Origin: Deltaproteobacteria bacterium
Lineage (GTDB): Bacteria > Myxococcota_A > Polyangia > Polyangiales > Houyiibacteriaceae
Direction: 5' to 3'
Assembly: GCA_034670305.1 (NCBI GenBank)
Contig: JAXMNT010000044.1
Span: 1 to 62,563 of the forward strand
DNA: 62,563 nucleotides
In this document: positions 51,186 to 60,700 of the stretch, in pieces
Position numbering within the stretch: the stretch's first letter is position 1
Layout of the letters: the number at the start of each line of letters is the position of its first letter
Translations under genes and position numbers: made by a program
The notes under the pieces: model-generated
What the model was told of the DNA's origin: nothing
Databases searched by the model: none
The model's input: only the letters and a program-made list of their open reading frames with translations

Positions 51186-52753
51186 TCGAACTCGCGGGGC
51201 TCGCCTCCAGCGACGCCACCGAGGTGCCGAGCGAAGACGCACTGGTCGCGTGGTTGCTCGAGCTTCGACGCGATGCGGTTCAACGTTTCGAGCCGCTCGC
51301 CCAGCTCGCCGGCGTGCCACTCGCCGAAGTGCTCGCGTCTCCCTTCGGCCTGCGCGCAGTGGCGCTCGGCGTCCGGGTCGGCGCGACCACCGTGCACCGC
51401 GAGCTCCGCCATCCCGTCGACTGGTCCGACGACCCGCGCACCCAAGACGTCGACCACGGCGTCTGGGATCGCGGCCGCCTCCACATCGGCAAGTACCAGG
51501 CGTTCCTGCAGGACGCGCCGCACGTGACCTACGATCCAGCGCACCACCACAAGTGGCTCCCCCACGAGATGCTGCACCGCGCCGCGTCGTTCTTCGTCTC
51601 GGACGACGACTTCGAGCTCTACCTCGGCGCGCGTCTGAACGAACTGCTGCCCGTCGCGGTGTGGTGGGGACACGACCAGTTCTGCCGGCTCGACGAGGAC
51701 GCCTTCGACCGAGAGCACAGCCCGCACGAACCGTCGCTCGAAGAGGCGAAGTGGCTGACCGAGAGTGAAGAGGCGTTGCGGAGGCGGGTGTCGCGGACCC
51801 GGCGGTGGCTGGCGCACGGCCTCGAACACGTGGCCGCCGAGCTGCAGGCAGTCGCCGAGGAACGCGCCACCCGCACGTTCGTACCGTCACCGCGTCATGT
51901 GCCGCAGGCACGTCTGGACGCGTCCAGCGACGCGCTCGCGTACGTCGTGGCCCACCGCGTTCGGCTGCAGCAGGTGCGCGCCGTCGTCGAGCCCCACGCG
52001 TTCACCGACTTGGCCGCGTACGTCGCCCACATCGAGGCGATGCATCGCAGTCTCTTGTTCGGGCCGATCGCGATCGACGCCGCCTCGGTGAAGTCTGCGC
52101 AGCACGTGCGCGACGACTGGGACATCGCCTTGCGCACCGCGCTTCGGGGAGAGGTCGAAGAGGGAGACGTGCTCGCGCTCGCCAACGGCCGCAGCGCCTT
52201 CGACTTGGACTTGCTCGGCGAAGGTCTCGAGAGCCTCGCGCCGCGCACCCTGGAGATGCTCGACCACCATGCGCCCGGCTTCATCGACGAACTCTGCGAG
52301 TCCGCGCAGCTGCGGCGTCGCGCACCGCTGGCGGACCGCGTCAGCGCTTGGTTCGCCGAGACAGAACTGCCGCTCCCCGCGTGGTTGTCTTCGTTGTTCG
52401 AGTTCGAGTGCGCGATCGCAGACGCAGTAGTCGACCCACGCATCGACGAGCTGGCTTCGCAGTCCCACGATGGGCCGATGCGGGTCGTGCGGAGTCGGTC
52501 GTACCGCGTGCTCTCAGCCCGGTTCGACGTCGCGGCGCTCCACGCCGGCGAAGTCGAGGTGCCCGCGGAAGGCCAGTTCGCGTGGCTCGTGGGCAAGCAC
52601 GCGGCGGAGGTGCACGTCGTGCCAATGGACCCGCAGGTCGCCGAGGCGTGGTCTTCGATGGCGAAGCCGGCCGCGTTGGACACGGTGGCCTCGCTGCTCG
52701 GTCCAAGCTTCGACGTGCTCGAGCGCATCGGCGTGTTCGCGCGCACGAGGTAG
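51182..52753 (+). CDS. Hypothetical protein with HExxH motif and possible DUF2063-like C-terminal region
   Basis: GTGA overlap with the upstream gene; HHHKWLPHEMLH...NE; C-terminal LESLAPRTLEML...F...P.WL..LFEFE.A pattern. Confidence 0.7.
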   Translation: MIELAGLASSDATEVPSEDALVAWLLELRRDAVQRFEPLAQLAGVPLAEVLASPFGLRAVALGVRVGATTVHRELRHPVDWSDDPRTQDVDHGVWDRGRLHIGKYQAFLQDAPHVTYDPAHHHKWLPHEMLHRAASFFVSDDDFELYLGARLNELLPVAVWWGHDQFCRLDEDAFDREHSPHEPSLEEAKWLTESEEALRRRVSRTRRWLAHGLEHVAAELQAVAEERATRTFVPSPRHVPQARLDASSDALAYVVAHRVRLQQVRAVVEPHAFTDLAAYVAHIEAMHRSLLFGPIAIDAASVKSAQHVRDDWDIALRTALRGEVEEGDVLALANGRSAFDLDLLGEGLESLAPRTLEMLDHHAPGFIDELCESAQLRRRAPLADRVSAWFAETELPLPAWLSSLFEFECAIADAVVDPRIDELASQSHDGPMRVVRSRSYRVLSARFDVAALHAGEVEVPAEGQFAWLVGKHAAEVHVVPMDPQVAEAWSSMAKPAALDTVASLLGPSFDVLERIGVFARTR

Positions 52754-52802
52754 CGCCGCGCGCGTCCGTCAGCGAGTACGGAGAGGGCACGCAGTACAGA
52801 CC

Positions 52803-52837
52803 GCGTCGGGCGTCGGGCGTCGGGCGTCGGGCGTCGA
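52803..52837. repeat. Heptamer repeat (GCGTCGG) x about 5
   Basis: Four perfect units plus GCGTCGA between convergent genes. Confidence 0.85.
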
Positions 52838-52851
52838 GCGACCGCTCGCCG

Positions 52852-53328
52852 CTACAGTTCTTCGGTGAGGTCGAAGCCGTCCGCCTCGACGAGTCCTTCG
52901 CCCACCGAGAAGTCGATCCGTTCGCTCAACGCGCTCTCCGCGTCCATGAAGACCGCGCAGTGAAGGCCCGCGCCAAGCGCCGCGGCCCACGTCCCGGTCG
53001 CGTCCGTGAGCGGCGTGGCCACCAGGCTCTCCGCCGACCGACACGCGCCCCCGGAGTGGGTCTCGTAGATCTGAACTTCACGGTTCTCCGGGTAGCTGAT
53101 CACGGTGCGGTTCGGCCCCGCGCCAGACGTGCGGCTGCTCGTGATGCGGACGAACCCATAGGCGCCCATGGAACCGATGCGCCCCTCGATGGCGGCCACG
53201 GTCCCCGAGCTCGCATCACAGCTCCCCACCGCCGCCCCTTCCACCCAGCCGTCGGGGCACGGAGAGTCCCCACCGCAGCCAGCGGCGAGCACGAAGAAGA
53301 ACGAGAAACATCCAGCGGTTCGAAACAC
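52852..53328 (-). CDS. Hypothetical lipoprotein
   Basis: Hydrophobic signal with lipobox LAAGC; host-like codons. Start inferred. Confidence 0.65.
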   Translation of the reverse strand: MFRTAGCFSFFFVLAAGCGGDSPCPDGWVEGAAVGSCDASSGTVAAIEGRIGSMGAYGFVRITSSRTSGAGPNRTVISYPENREVQIYETHSGGACRSAESLVATPLTDATGTWAAALGAGLHCAVFMDAESALSERIDFSVGEGLVEADGFDLTEEL

Positions 53329-53404
53329 GACTGACCTCCACGATCGATGTACCAGGTCCCGCGCGAGATCGCGATCCCGGACGGCGCGGAGGAACGGGGG
53401 AGGC

Positions 53405-53620
53405 GCTGCAGCTGACGCTGCAGCTGACTCTGCAGCTGACTCTGCAGCTGACTCTGCAGCTGACTCTGCAGCTGACTCTGCAGCTGACCCTGCAGCTGAC
53501 CCTGCAGCTGACTTTGCAGCTGACTCTGCAGCGGACTCTGACGCTGGAGCGGACGCTCCCGCTGCCGCTGCAGCCAAAACCGAAGCCGACAACGAAGCCG
53601 ACAACGAAGCAGACAACGAA
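53405..53620. repeat. 12-bp tandem repeats: (GCTGACTCTGCA) x about 10, then (GAAGCCGACAAC) x3
   Basis: Direct inspection; intergenic, between divergent genes. Confidence 0.92.
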
Positions 53621-53638
53621 GCAGCCACGGCCGGCAGC

Positions 53639-53761
53639 ACGACATCGACCGGACGCCGGTTGTGGCAGCATCCAGATCCCCACAAACTGACGGTGGTTGC
53701 ATCCGACTCAGGGCTATCGTGGAGTAATGCACCGCACACATTCGGGCGAGGTAGAAGATGA
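53639..53761 (+). pseudogene. Possible remnant 3' end of a toxin gene
   Basis: Reads ...WQHPDPHKLTVVASDSGLSWSNAPHTFGRGRR*. Its stop overlaps the next ATG (ATGA). No credible own start. Confidence 0.35.
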
Positions 53762-54195
53762 ATAAGGATGAAGCCGAGGTTTTTGGACGGATCTTCTCGG
53801 ATGCTCAGGTCGTTGATGTGGATATGTCTGACCACTTCCGATTCATCGGGTTGGCGGTTGTGGCGGACCACTACCGACCGTGGACGGAATACGGGGAGCG
53901 AACCGCGCCGATCCTGTTGGTTCGGTTCGAGGCGGTCCGGGTCTGGAACATGACGTACTCCGTGCACCCGGAGCCGACATACGACGGACCAGTGCAGTGG
54001 TTGATCGACGAAGCGCAGATCGAGTGGGGTAGGTCCGCTGAACTCTCGATTCGCCTGACTGGTTTGCCAGGGGATCCCTCCCTGCAGGTTGTGTGCGCGG
54101 CCGTGTCCTGGACAGAGCTCCACCCACGTGCGCTGCGGCTCGATCCACGAGGGGTCTGCTTGCTTCGGCCTGGCCTGGAACCACGACGTGAGTGA
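53758..54195 (+). CDS. Hypothetical protein, putative immunity family A (one domain)
   Basis: GAGG RBS; paralogous to both halves of the next gene (VVDVDMSDHFR, ADHY, LLVRF, LLRPG). Confidence 0.75.
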   Translation: MNKDEAEVFGRIFSDAQVVDVDMSDHFRFIGLAVVADHYRPWTEYGERTAPILLVRFEAVRVWNMTYSVHPEPTYDGPVQWLIDEAQIEWGRSAELSIRLTGLPGDPSLQVVCAAVSWTELHPRALRLDPRGVCLLRPGLEPRRE

Positions 54196-54256
54196 GCGAA
54201 TCGAGCACCCTTTGCCGTGGGCGAACGCGGCACACATCAGAGCAGCGAGGTAGTGC

Positions 54257-55054
54257 ATGCGCCGTCTGGACCACGAGACACTCACCACGATCTTTGCTTC
54301 TGCGATGGTGATGGATGTCGACCTTTCAGAGCCTACGTCGCCTGCCCTCGTCGTGTGGGCCGACCACTACGGCAACGAAAGCGGAGGTCGACCACCGCTG
54401 CTGGTCCGGTTCGACCACTCGGTCCGTTTCACCATTCGGTACGACCACGACCTTGCGCGGTACTCGAGCGCCATCATCGGATGGCTGCTGTGGCAACCTG
54501 AAGTCGAATCCGATTCCGATGGAGACCAAGTTCTCCGGCTAAGAGGCTCACCAACGGACCCTCGCTTGGAAGTCCGATGTGGTTCGGTCTCTTTTCGAGA
54601 GCTTGAGAAGGCTCGGATCGCGGAGATGGAAGAGAATCGAACGAGTTCGCTCCTCCGGCCGGGTTTCGCTCCGGCTGCGGGTTCACCCGGAGCGCCGGTT
54701 GGTACTGCAGACTTGGCTTCCTTCGATGGGGTGCGTCTTCTCGATATCGATCTTTCGGACCACTTCCGATCGGTCGGCGTCTTGTTGGAGTCGGAGGACG
54801 GTCCACTCCTTCTGCGGTTCCCTGTTGTACGCCGATTCGAACTCACCTGTCCGGATCCAGTCTCGGGAGTGGCCGGTCCATGGGTCCTCGGGCCGATCGA
54901 GCAGGAGGGGGCGACCTACCGGCTTCCCTCTGCCAACGGACAGCCATCGCTATCAATCGACAGTGGTCGTGTATCGGTCACGCCAGTCGCCGCCAAGCTG
55001 GTGCGACAACTGGAACAACACAGGGGTCCCCACCTGCTCCGTCTCGGCTATTAG
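54257..55054 (+). CDS. Hypothetical protein, putative immunity family A (two tandem domains)
   Basis: MDVDLSE...ADHY...LLVRF...LLRPG, then LDIDLSDHFR...LLLRF...LLRLGY. Confidence 0.75.
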   Translation: MRRLDHETLTTIFASAMVMDVDLSEPTSPALVVWADHYGNESGGRPPLLVRFDHSVRFTIRYDHDLARYSSAIIGWLLWQPEVESDSDGDQVLRLRGSPTDPRLEVRCGSVSFRELEKARIAEMEENRTSSLLRPGFAPAAGSPGAPVGTADLASFDGVRLLDIDLSDHFRSVGVLLESEDGPLLLRFPVVRRFELTCPDPVSGVAGPWVLGPIEQEGATYRLPSANGQPSLSIDSGRVSVTPVAAKLVRQLEQHRGPHLLRLGY

Positions 55055-55075
55055 CCTAGTACCGTGGAACGCAAC

Positions 55076-55552
55076 ATGATGAGTGAATCAGTTCTTGGCC
55101 GTATTGGGGACGCGCACGATGCGGATGATCGCCAAGCATTGGAAGAGCTATTGCCGCTCGTCCCTCGGAGCAGCTGGGGCTCGCTCGTTGTCTCGGCAGT
55201 TCAAGCGGGAGCCCTTCTATGCGTCCGTGCATATGTGGCTGCTGGGGTAGACCCAGCGGAGCAATACGATGGCGGCACGTTGATCTCCTACGCGACCGGG
55301 AGGAAGTCGCCAGAGATGGTGCGGACGCTGCTTGAGTTGGGCACGCCTTTGACTGGGGTGATCTTGGTGGCGGCCGCACACTCGGGAAGCGTCGAGATGG
55401 TGAAGCTGCTCCTGGAAGAGGGCGTGGACCCGGATCAGGGCAATCCAGGCTTTCCGACCGCACTTGGAACAGCAAGGGCATTCGGCCACCACGAGATGGA
55501 GCAGCTTCTGCTGAAGCACGGCGCAACCATCGAAGTCGTGCCGCAGGCGTAG
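55076..55552 (+). CDS. Ankyrin-repeat protein (paralog 1)
   Basis: LVAAAHSGSVEMVKLLLEEGVDP and DQGNPGFPTAL. ATG at 55076 preferred over GTG at 55064. Confidence 0.85.
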   Translation: MMSESVLGRIGDAHDADDRQALEELLPLVPRSSWGSLVVSAVQAGALLCVRAYVAAGVDPAEQYDGGTLISYATGRKSPEMVRTLLELGTPLTGVILVAAAHSGSVEMVKLLLEEGVDPDQGNPGFPTALGTARAFGHHEMEQLLLKHGATIEVVPQA

Positions 55553-55571
55553 CACTCAGACGGGAACGCGG

Positions 55572-56078
55572 ATGCAAGATGATGAAACGCTGGACGCCTT
55601 CCATGCGGCCCTCAAGCAAGATGATCCGACCCGGATACGTGGCGGACTCGCCAAGCTCGACGAGGAGTGGCGGGGCATCTTCGCCGGACTCGCTGCCGGC
55701 ATGGGCGCCCTGGCGGTCCTCACCCAACTGCTCGTGGAAGGACTCGACCCCAACACGCGTGACGACGGGGATGTGTCCATGCTTGAGCACGCATGCGAGT
55801 CTGGGCACCTCGCGGTCGCGAAGAAGCTCTTGGCGGCCGGCGCCAGCATGGATGGCATTCCTCTCGTGTACGCCGCGCAGGGCGGGTCACTCGACTGCGT
55901 GAAGCTGCTGTTGGACCACGGCGCGAAACCGGATCAGGGCAACCCTGGTTTTCCTTCCGCGCTGGGCTTCGCTGAAGCCGGCGGCCTCACTGAAATCGCG
56001 GAGGCGCTGCGCCGGCGCGGAGCGCGGAGTCTGGTCGGACTTGGACGAGACGCGGGGCGAGCGAAGGCGACGGAGTGA
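55572..56078 (+). CDS. Ankyrin-repeat protein (paralog 2)
   Basis: PLVYAAQGGSLDCVKLLLDHGAKPDQGNPGFPSAL. Confidence 0.88.
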   Translation: MQDDETLDAFHAALKQDDPTRIRGGLAKLDEEWRGIFAGLAAGMGALAVLTQLLVEGLDPNTRDDGDVSMLEHACESGHLAVAKKLLAAGASMDGIPLVYAAQGGSLDCVKLLLDHGAKPDQGNPGFPSALGFAEAGGLTEIAEALRRRGARSLVGLGRDAGRAKATE

Positions 56079-56159
56079 TCGGGAGCAAGCTTCGACCCAG
56101 GAGATCCGCCGGGATGACATATGGAGCGGTAAACTCTACGAACGTCTGGGAACACTGCA

Positions 56160-56339
56160 GTGGTTGAAGAACACATCGACAAGGCAATCAACGATGGCGC
56201 TGGTGCAGACATCGAACAGGCCGTACGTGGATTTCCCACGGCCCTCGGGACCGCCGTCGCGCGTCGAGACGCCGCGATGGAGATGTTCCTGCGTGACCGT
56301 GGCGCGACGCTGTATGTCGGGCCGAAAGCGTCGAAGTGA
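56160..56339 (+). pseudogene. Internally deleted ankyrin paralog (59 aa; not in ORF track)
   Basis: VVEEHIDKAINDG joined directly to AGADIEQAVRGFPTALGTAVARRDAAMEMFLRDRGATLYVGP, i.e. the N- and C-termini of the family with the middle missing. Confidence 0.75.
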
Positions 56340-56412
56340 TCTCATTCTGCGAACGGGGTCCGGAAGGAGCATTTGAAGTGCACCCGTCCTACCGCAGACT
56401 TGGGACGCTCTG

Positions 56413-56910
56413 ATGGCAACGGATCTCATGGCCCGCGTCGTGGCCGCGCTCGAGGTGGACGATCCATCGGCGCTCGTCGATCACTTCGCCGACTTGGGCC
56501 CGGCGCAGAAGGACCTGATCGTGGAAGATGCGGCGGGGCTTGGCGCGCTCCGCTGCATAGGCGCTCTCTTGGATTTGGGTGTGTCTGTGAATCACCGCGG
56601 TGCGCTCCAAGCGAGCACCCTGCTGGAGTCGGCCTGCTACAGCGACGACCCCAGGGTGGTGGCGTTGTTGGTCGAGCGGGGAGCGAGCGTGACGCTTGGT
56701 GTTCCGCTCGTTGCGGCCGCGGACAGTGGTTCGCTTGAGATGATCGAACTCTTGATCGCTGCGGGCGCTCCAGTCGACCAAGCGCTCCCTGGGTTTCCGA
56801 CTGCGCTCGGTCGGGCGAGGGCCCGTGGCGACCGCGCCATGGAAACGTTGCTCCTGAGTCACGGGGCCACACTGGAAGTCGGACCGCCTGACGGCGGGTT
56901 GGGTTCGTAG
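56413..56910 (+). CDS. Ankyrin-repeat protein (paralog 3)
   Basis: LGVPLVAAADSGSLEMIELLIAAGAPVDQALPGFPTAL. Confidence 0.88.
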   Translation: MATDLMARVVAALEVDDPSALVDHFADLGPAQKDLIVEDAAGLGALRCIGALLDLGVSVNHRGALQASTLLESACYSDDPRVVALLVERGASVTLGVPLVAAADSGSLEMIELLIAAGAPVDQALPGFPTALGRARARGDRAMETLLLSHGATLEVGPPDGGLGS

Positions 56911-56952
56911 GATTCTCGTGCTTCCGTGCTCGAGCGTGGGAGGAGACCTGTG

Positions 56953-57048
56953 ATGGGGCAGAGTTTGATTGACGAGGCGATTGGGCGGGTCGTGGGGCCA
57001 AGCTCCGTGTCGGGCCCAAGAAGCCGCCGTGCTCTCAGCCCGCTATGA
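56953..57048 (+). pseudogene. Possible almost fully deleted ankyrin paralog (31 aa)
   Basis: AGGAG RBS; MGQSLIDEAIG (cf. VQVIDQGIG) followed directly by RVVGP (cf. LEVGP/LYVGP). Stop overlaps the next ATG. Confidence 0.45.
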
Positions 57049-57524
57049 CCACCGCCGTCCAAGTGATCGACCAGGGGATTGGTTCTGATGACCCGGCGCC
57101 GTTGCGGGCGCGTTTCGCGGAACTCACCTCGGAGGAGATCGACGATGTGGTGGAGTTTGCTGCCTCCTCCGGCGCGGTTCGTTGTGTTCTCGCGCTGCTC
57201 GATCTCGGGGTGTCGCCCGACCACGAGGGGGAGCTTCAGGCAAGCAGCTTTCTCGAGTACGCGTACTACAGCCGCAACCTCGACGCGGTCCGAGTCCTGC
57301 TCGAGCGTGGTGCCTCGGTCACCCTTGGCGTCCCTCTTGTCGCAGCCGCGCAGTCGGGCGATCCCAACATCGTCCAACTCTTGCTCGACGCGGGCGCACC
57401 GCTCGACCAGGGATACGTCGGGTTTCCGACCGCGCTCGGAGTCGCGACGACGAAGCGCGATCAGCCCGTGTTGGAGCTCCTCCATTCACGCGGTGCGCGA
57501 AAACTGGTCGGTTCGGATCCGTAG
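57045..57524 (+). CDS. Ankyrin-repeat protein (paralog 4)
   Basis: Close paralog of 56413-56910 (LLDLGVS..H.G.LQAS..LE.A.YS; VTLGVPLVAAA; GFPTAL). Confidence 0.88.
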   Translation: MTTAVQVIDQGIGSDDPAPLRARFAELTSEEIDDVVEFAASSGAVRCVLALLDLGVSPDHEGELQASSFLEYAYYSRNLDAVRVLLERGASVTLGVPLVAAAQSGDPNIVQLLLDAGAPLDQGYVGFPTALGVATTKRDQPVLELLHSRGARKLVGSDP

Positions 57525-57731
57525 CTGGGACTGAGCGCGCACTGCGGGCGTGGATCACGACCACTCGAACGATGCGGTCGGAGGCACACAGCTTCGCCGA
57601 GCTGACGGTTGTCGAAGTCGACGCGGCGCGCCTTCTCGCAATGGGTGCGCCGAAAGGTTCGCCGCTGAGCGTTCGTCGAAGGGCGGCTGTCACAGGCGCG
57701 TGGCATGGTGGGCCATGGCGCGGCGGCACCG

Positions 57732-60700
57732 ATGACGAAGACGAGAGCGACGGGTTCGGGCGACCTCGGCTCCTTCCATCCCTGTACCAAGACGTGGTTC
57801 ACGGCTGCGTTCGCCGCACCGACCTCGGCCCAGCAGAAGGGCTGGCCGGCGATCGTGGCAGGCGACTCGACGTTGCTCCTCGCGCCGACCGGTTCCGGCA
57901 AGACGCTCGCCGCGTTTCTGGTCGCGATCGATCGGCTGTGTTTTCAGCCGCGCGCCGCGTCTTCTGCCAAAGCCGCGTCGGCCAAGAAGACGAAGACCAA
58001 GCGGCCGCGTGACGAACGCGGTGGTGTGCGGGTGCTCTACATCTCGCCGCTCAAGGCGCTCGGGGTGGATGTCGAGCGCAACCTGCGCGCGCCGCTCGCG
58101 GGCATCCGTGCGGTGGCTGCGCGGGAGGGCATCGCGACGCCGCCCGTCACGGTCGCGGTCCGCTCCGGCGACACCCCGCAGCGCGAGCGCCAGGCGATGC
58201 GGCGGCACCCGCCGGATGTGCTCATCACCACGCCGGAGTCGCTTTATCTGATGCTCACTTCGCAGGCGCGGGAGATCCTCGCGTCCGTCGAGACGGTGAT
58301 CATCGACGAGATCCATTCGGTGGCGCCGAGCAAACGCGGCTCGCATCTGGCGCTCTCACTCGAGCGTCTGGAGGCGTTGCGCCGCGGCGCTGCGCAGGAG
58401 GAAGAACCGTCGCCGCTCCAGCGGATCGGGCTCTCCGCCACCCAGCGTCCGCTCGAGGAGATCGCGCGGTTCCTCGGCGGGTTCGCGGATGGACAGCCGC
58501 GACCGGTCACCATCGTGGACGCGGGCAGCAAGAAGGACTTCGCCATCCACGTGGAGGTCCCGGTCGCGGACATGGCGAAGATGGTCGCGGCGGAGGTCAC
58601 CGACGAAGGCGAGCCGACCACGACCAACTCCATCTGGCCTGCGATCCACCCGCGGCTCGTGGAGCTGATCCGCGCCCACAAGTCGACGATGATCTTCGTC
58701 AACAGCCGCCGGCTGGCGGAGCGGCTGGCGCTCGCGATCAACGAACTCGCCGAAGAGGAGATCGCGCGGGCCCACCACGGCTCGGTCGCGAAGGACATCC
58801 GGGCGCTCATCGAAGAGCAGCTCAAACGCGGCGAGCTGCCGGCGATGGTGGCCACGAGTTCCCTCGAGCTCGGCATCGACATCGGCGCGGTCGATCTGGT
58901 GATCCAAGTCGAGGCGCCGCCCAGTGTCGCTTCGGCGATTCAGCGCATCGGACGCGCGGGGCACCAAGTGGGCGCGGTGTCGGAAGGACGCGTGTTCCCG
59001 AAGTACCGCCACGATCTGCTCGCGTGCGCGGCCGTCGTCGAACACGTGCATGCGGGCAACGTCGAGCGGACCCGGTACCCACGCAACCCCATCGACGTGC
59101 TCGCGCAGCAGGTCGTGGCGATGGTCGTCGATCGGGACGAGGTCGCGGTCGACGATCTCTTCGAGCAGGTCCGCGGGGCCGCGCCCTACGCCGAGCTGCC
59201 GCGCCGCTCCTTCGACGGCGTGCTCGACATGCTCAGCGGCCGGTATCCCTCGGAGCGGTTCGGAGAGCTGCGTCCGCGGCTGACGTTCGATCGCATCGCA
59301 GGCACCGTGCGCGCGCGTCGCGGCGCGAAGATGCTCGCCATCGCGAACGGCGGCACCATTCCCGACCGCGGTCTCTACGGCGTCTTCCTCGCGGGCGGCG
59401 ACGCGGAAGGCAAAACCGTGCGGGTCGGCGAGCTCGACGAAGAGATGGTGTTCGAGTCGCGTCAGGGCGACATCTTTCTGCTCGGCGCGTCGAGCTGGCG
59501 CATCGAAGAGATCACCCAGAACCAAGTGCTGGTCTCACCCGCGCCTGGTCAACCGGGCCGCATGCCGTTCTGGCACGGCGACCGACCGGGCCGGCCGATC
59601 GACTTTGGCAAAGCCATCGGCAAACTCGCGCGCGAGCTGCAAGCGATGCCCACGCAGGACGCGGTGGAGCGGCTCGAGCACGCGCATGGGCTCGATGCGT
59701 TGGCGGCCGAGAACCTGGTCCGGTACCTCGCGGACCAAGTCGAGGCCACGGCCGTGCTGCCGAGCGACCGGCACATCGTGGTCGAACGGTTTCGCGACGA
59801 GATCGGCGACTGGGTCGTGACGGTGATGACGCCGTTCGGCACGCCGGTGCACGCGCCCTGGGCGACCGCGGTCAACGCGCAGCTGCTCCGCGAGCATGGC
59901 ATCGACGCCGATGTGGTGTGGGGCGACGACGGCATGGTCTTTCGGCTGCCGGACGTCGACAACCCGCCGGACGACGCGCTCTTCTTTCCGGACCCGGCCG
60001 ACGTCGAGTCGCTCGTCACGAACCAGCTCGGCGAGACCGCGCTCTTCGCCAGCCGCTTTCGTGAGAACGCCGGTCGGGCGCTTCTGTTGCCGCGCCGCCG
60101 ACCGGGACAACGCACCCCGCTCTGGGCCCAGCGGCGCAAGAGCGCGCGGCTGCTCGGGGTCGCGTCGGAGTTCCGGGACTTTCCGATCGTGCTCGAGACC
60201 TACCGGGAGTGTCTGCAGGACGTGTTCGATCTGCCTTCGCTCGTCGAGTTGCTCACCGACGTTCGGGACCGTCGCATCAAAGTGCGCTCCGTCGAGTCCC
60301 GGACGCCGTCGCCTTTCGCGTCCGCGTTGCTCTTCAGCTACGTGGCGAACTTCATGTACGAAGGCGACGCGCCGCTGGCCGAACGCCGCGCCCAAGCGCT
60401 GACCCTCGACCACGCGCAGCTCCGAGCGCTGCTTGGTGAACCCGAGCTGCGCGAGCTGCTCGACGCCGACGCCATCGTGGAAGTAGAAGCCCAGCTGCAG
60501 ATGCGGAACTACGCGTTCCGCCCCGACGCAGATTCGGTGCACGATCTGCTGCTCGCGCTCGGTGACCTCACCGCGGAAGACGTCGCAGCCCGCCTCGAGG
60601 CAGACGCGGATGCGTCGGCCGAGACGCGGCTGGGAGCGGCGCAGTCGTTGCTCGAACAACTGGTCGAGCGCCGCCGCATCGCGGTCTGTTCGATCGGCGA

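Noticed and set aside
53405-53620. Possible CRISPR array
   Set aside because: Units are contiguous 12-mers without unique spacers, and no cas genes are present in the window.
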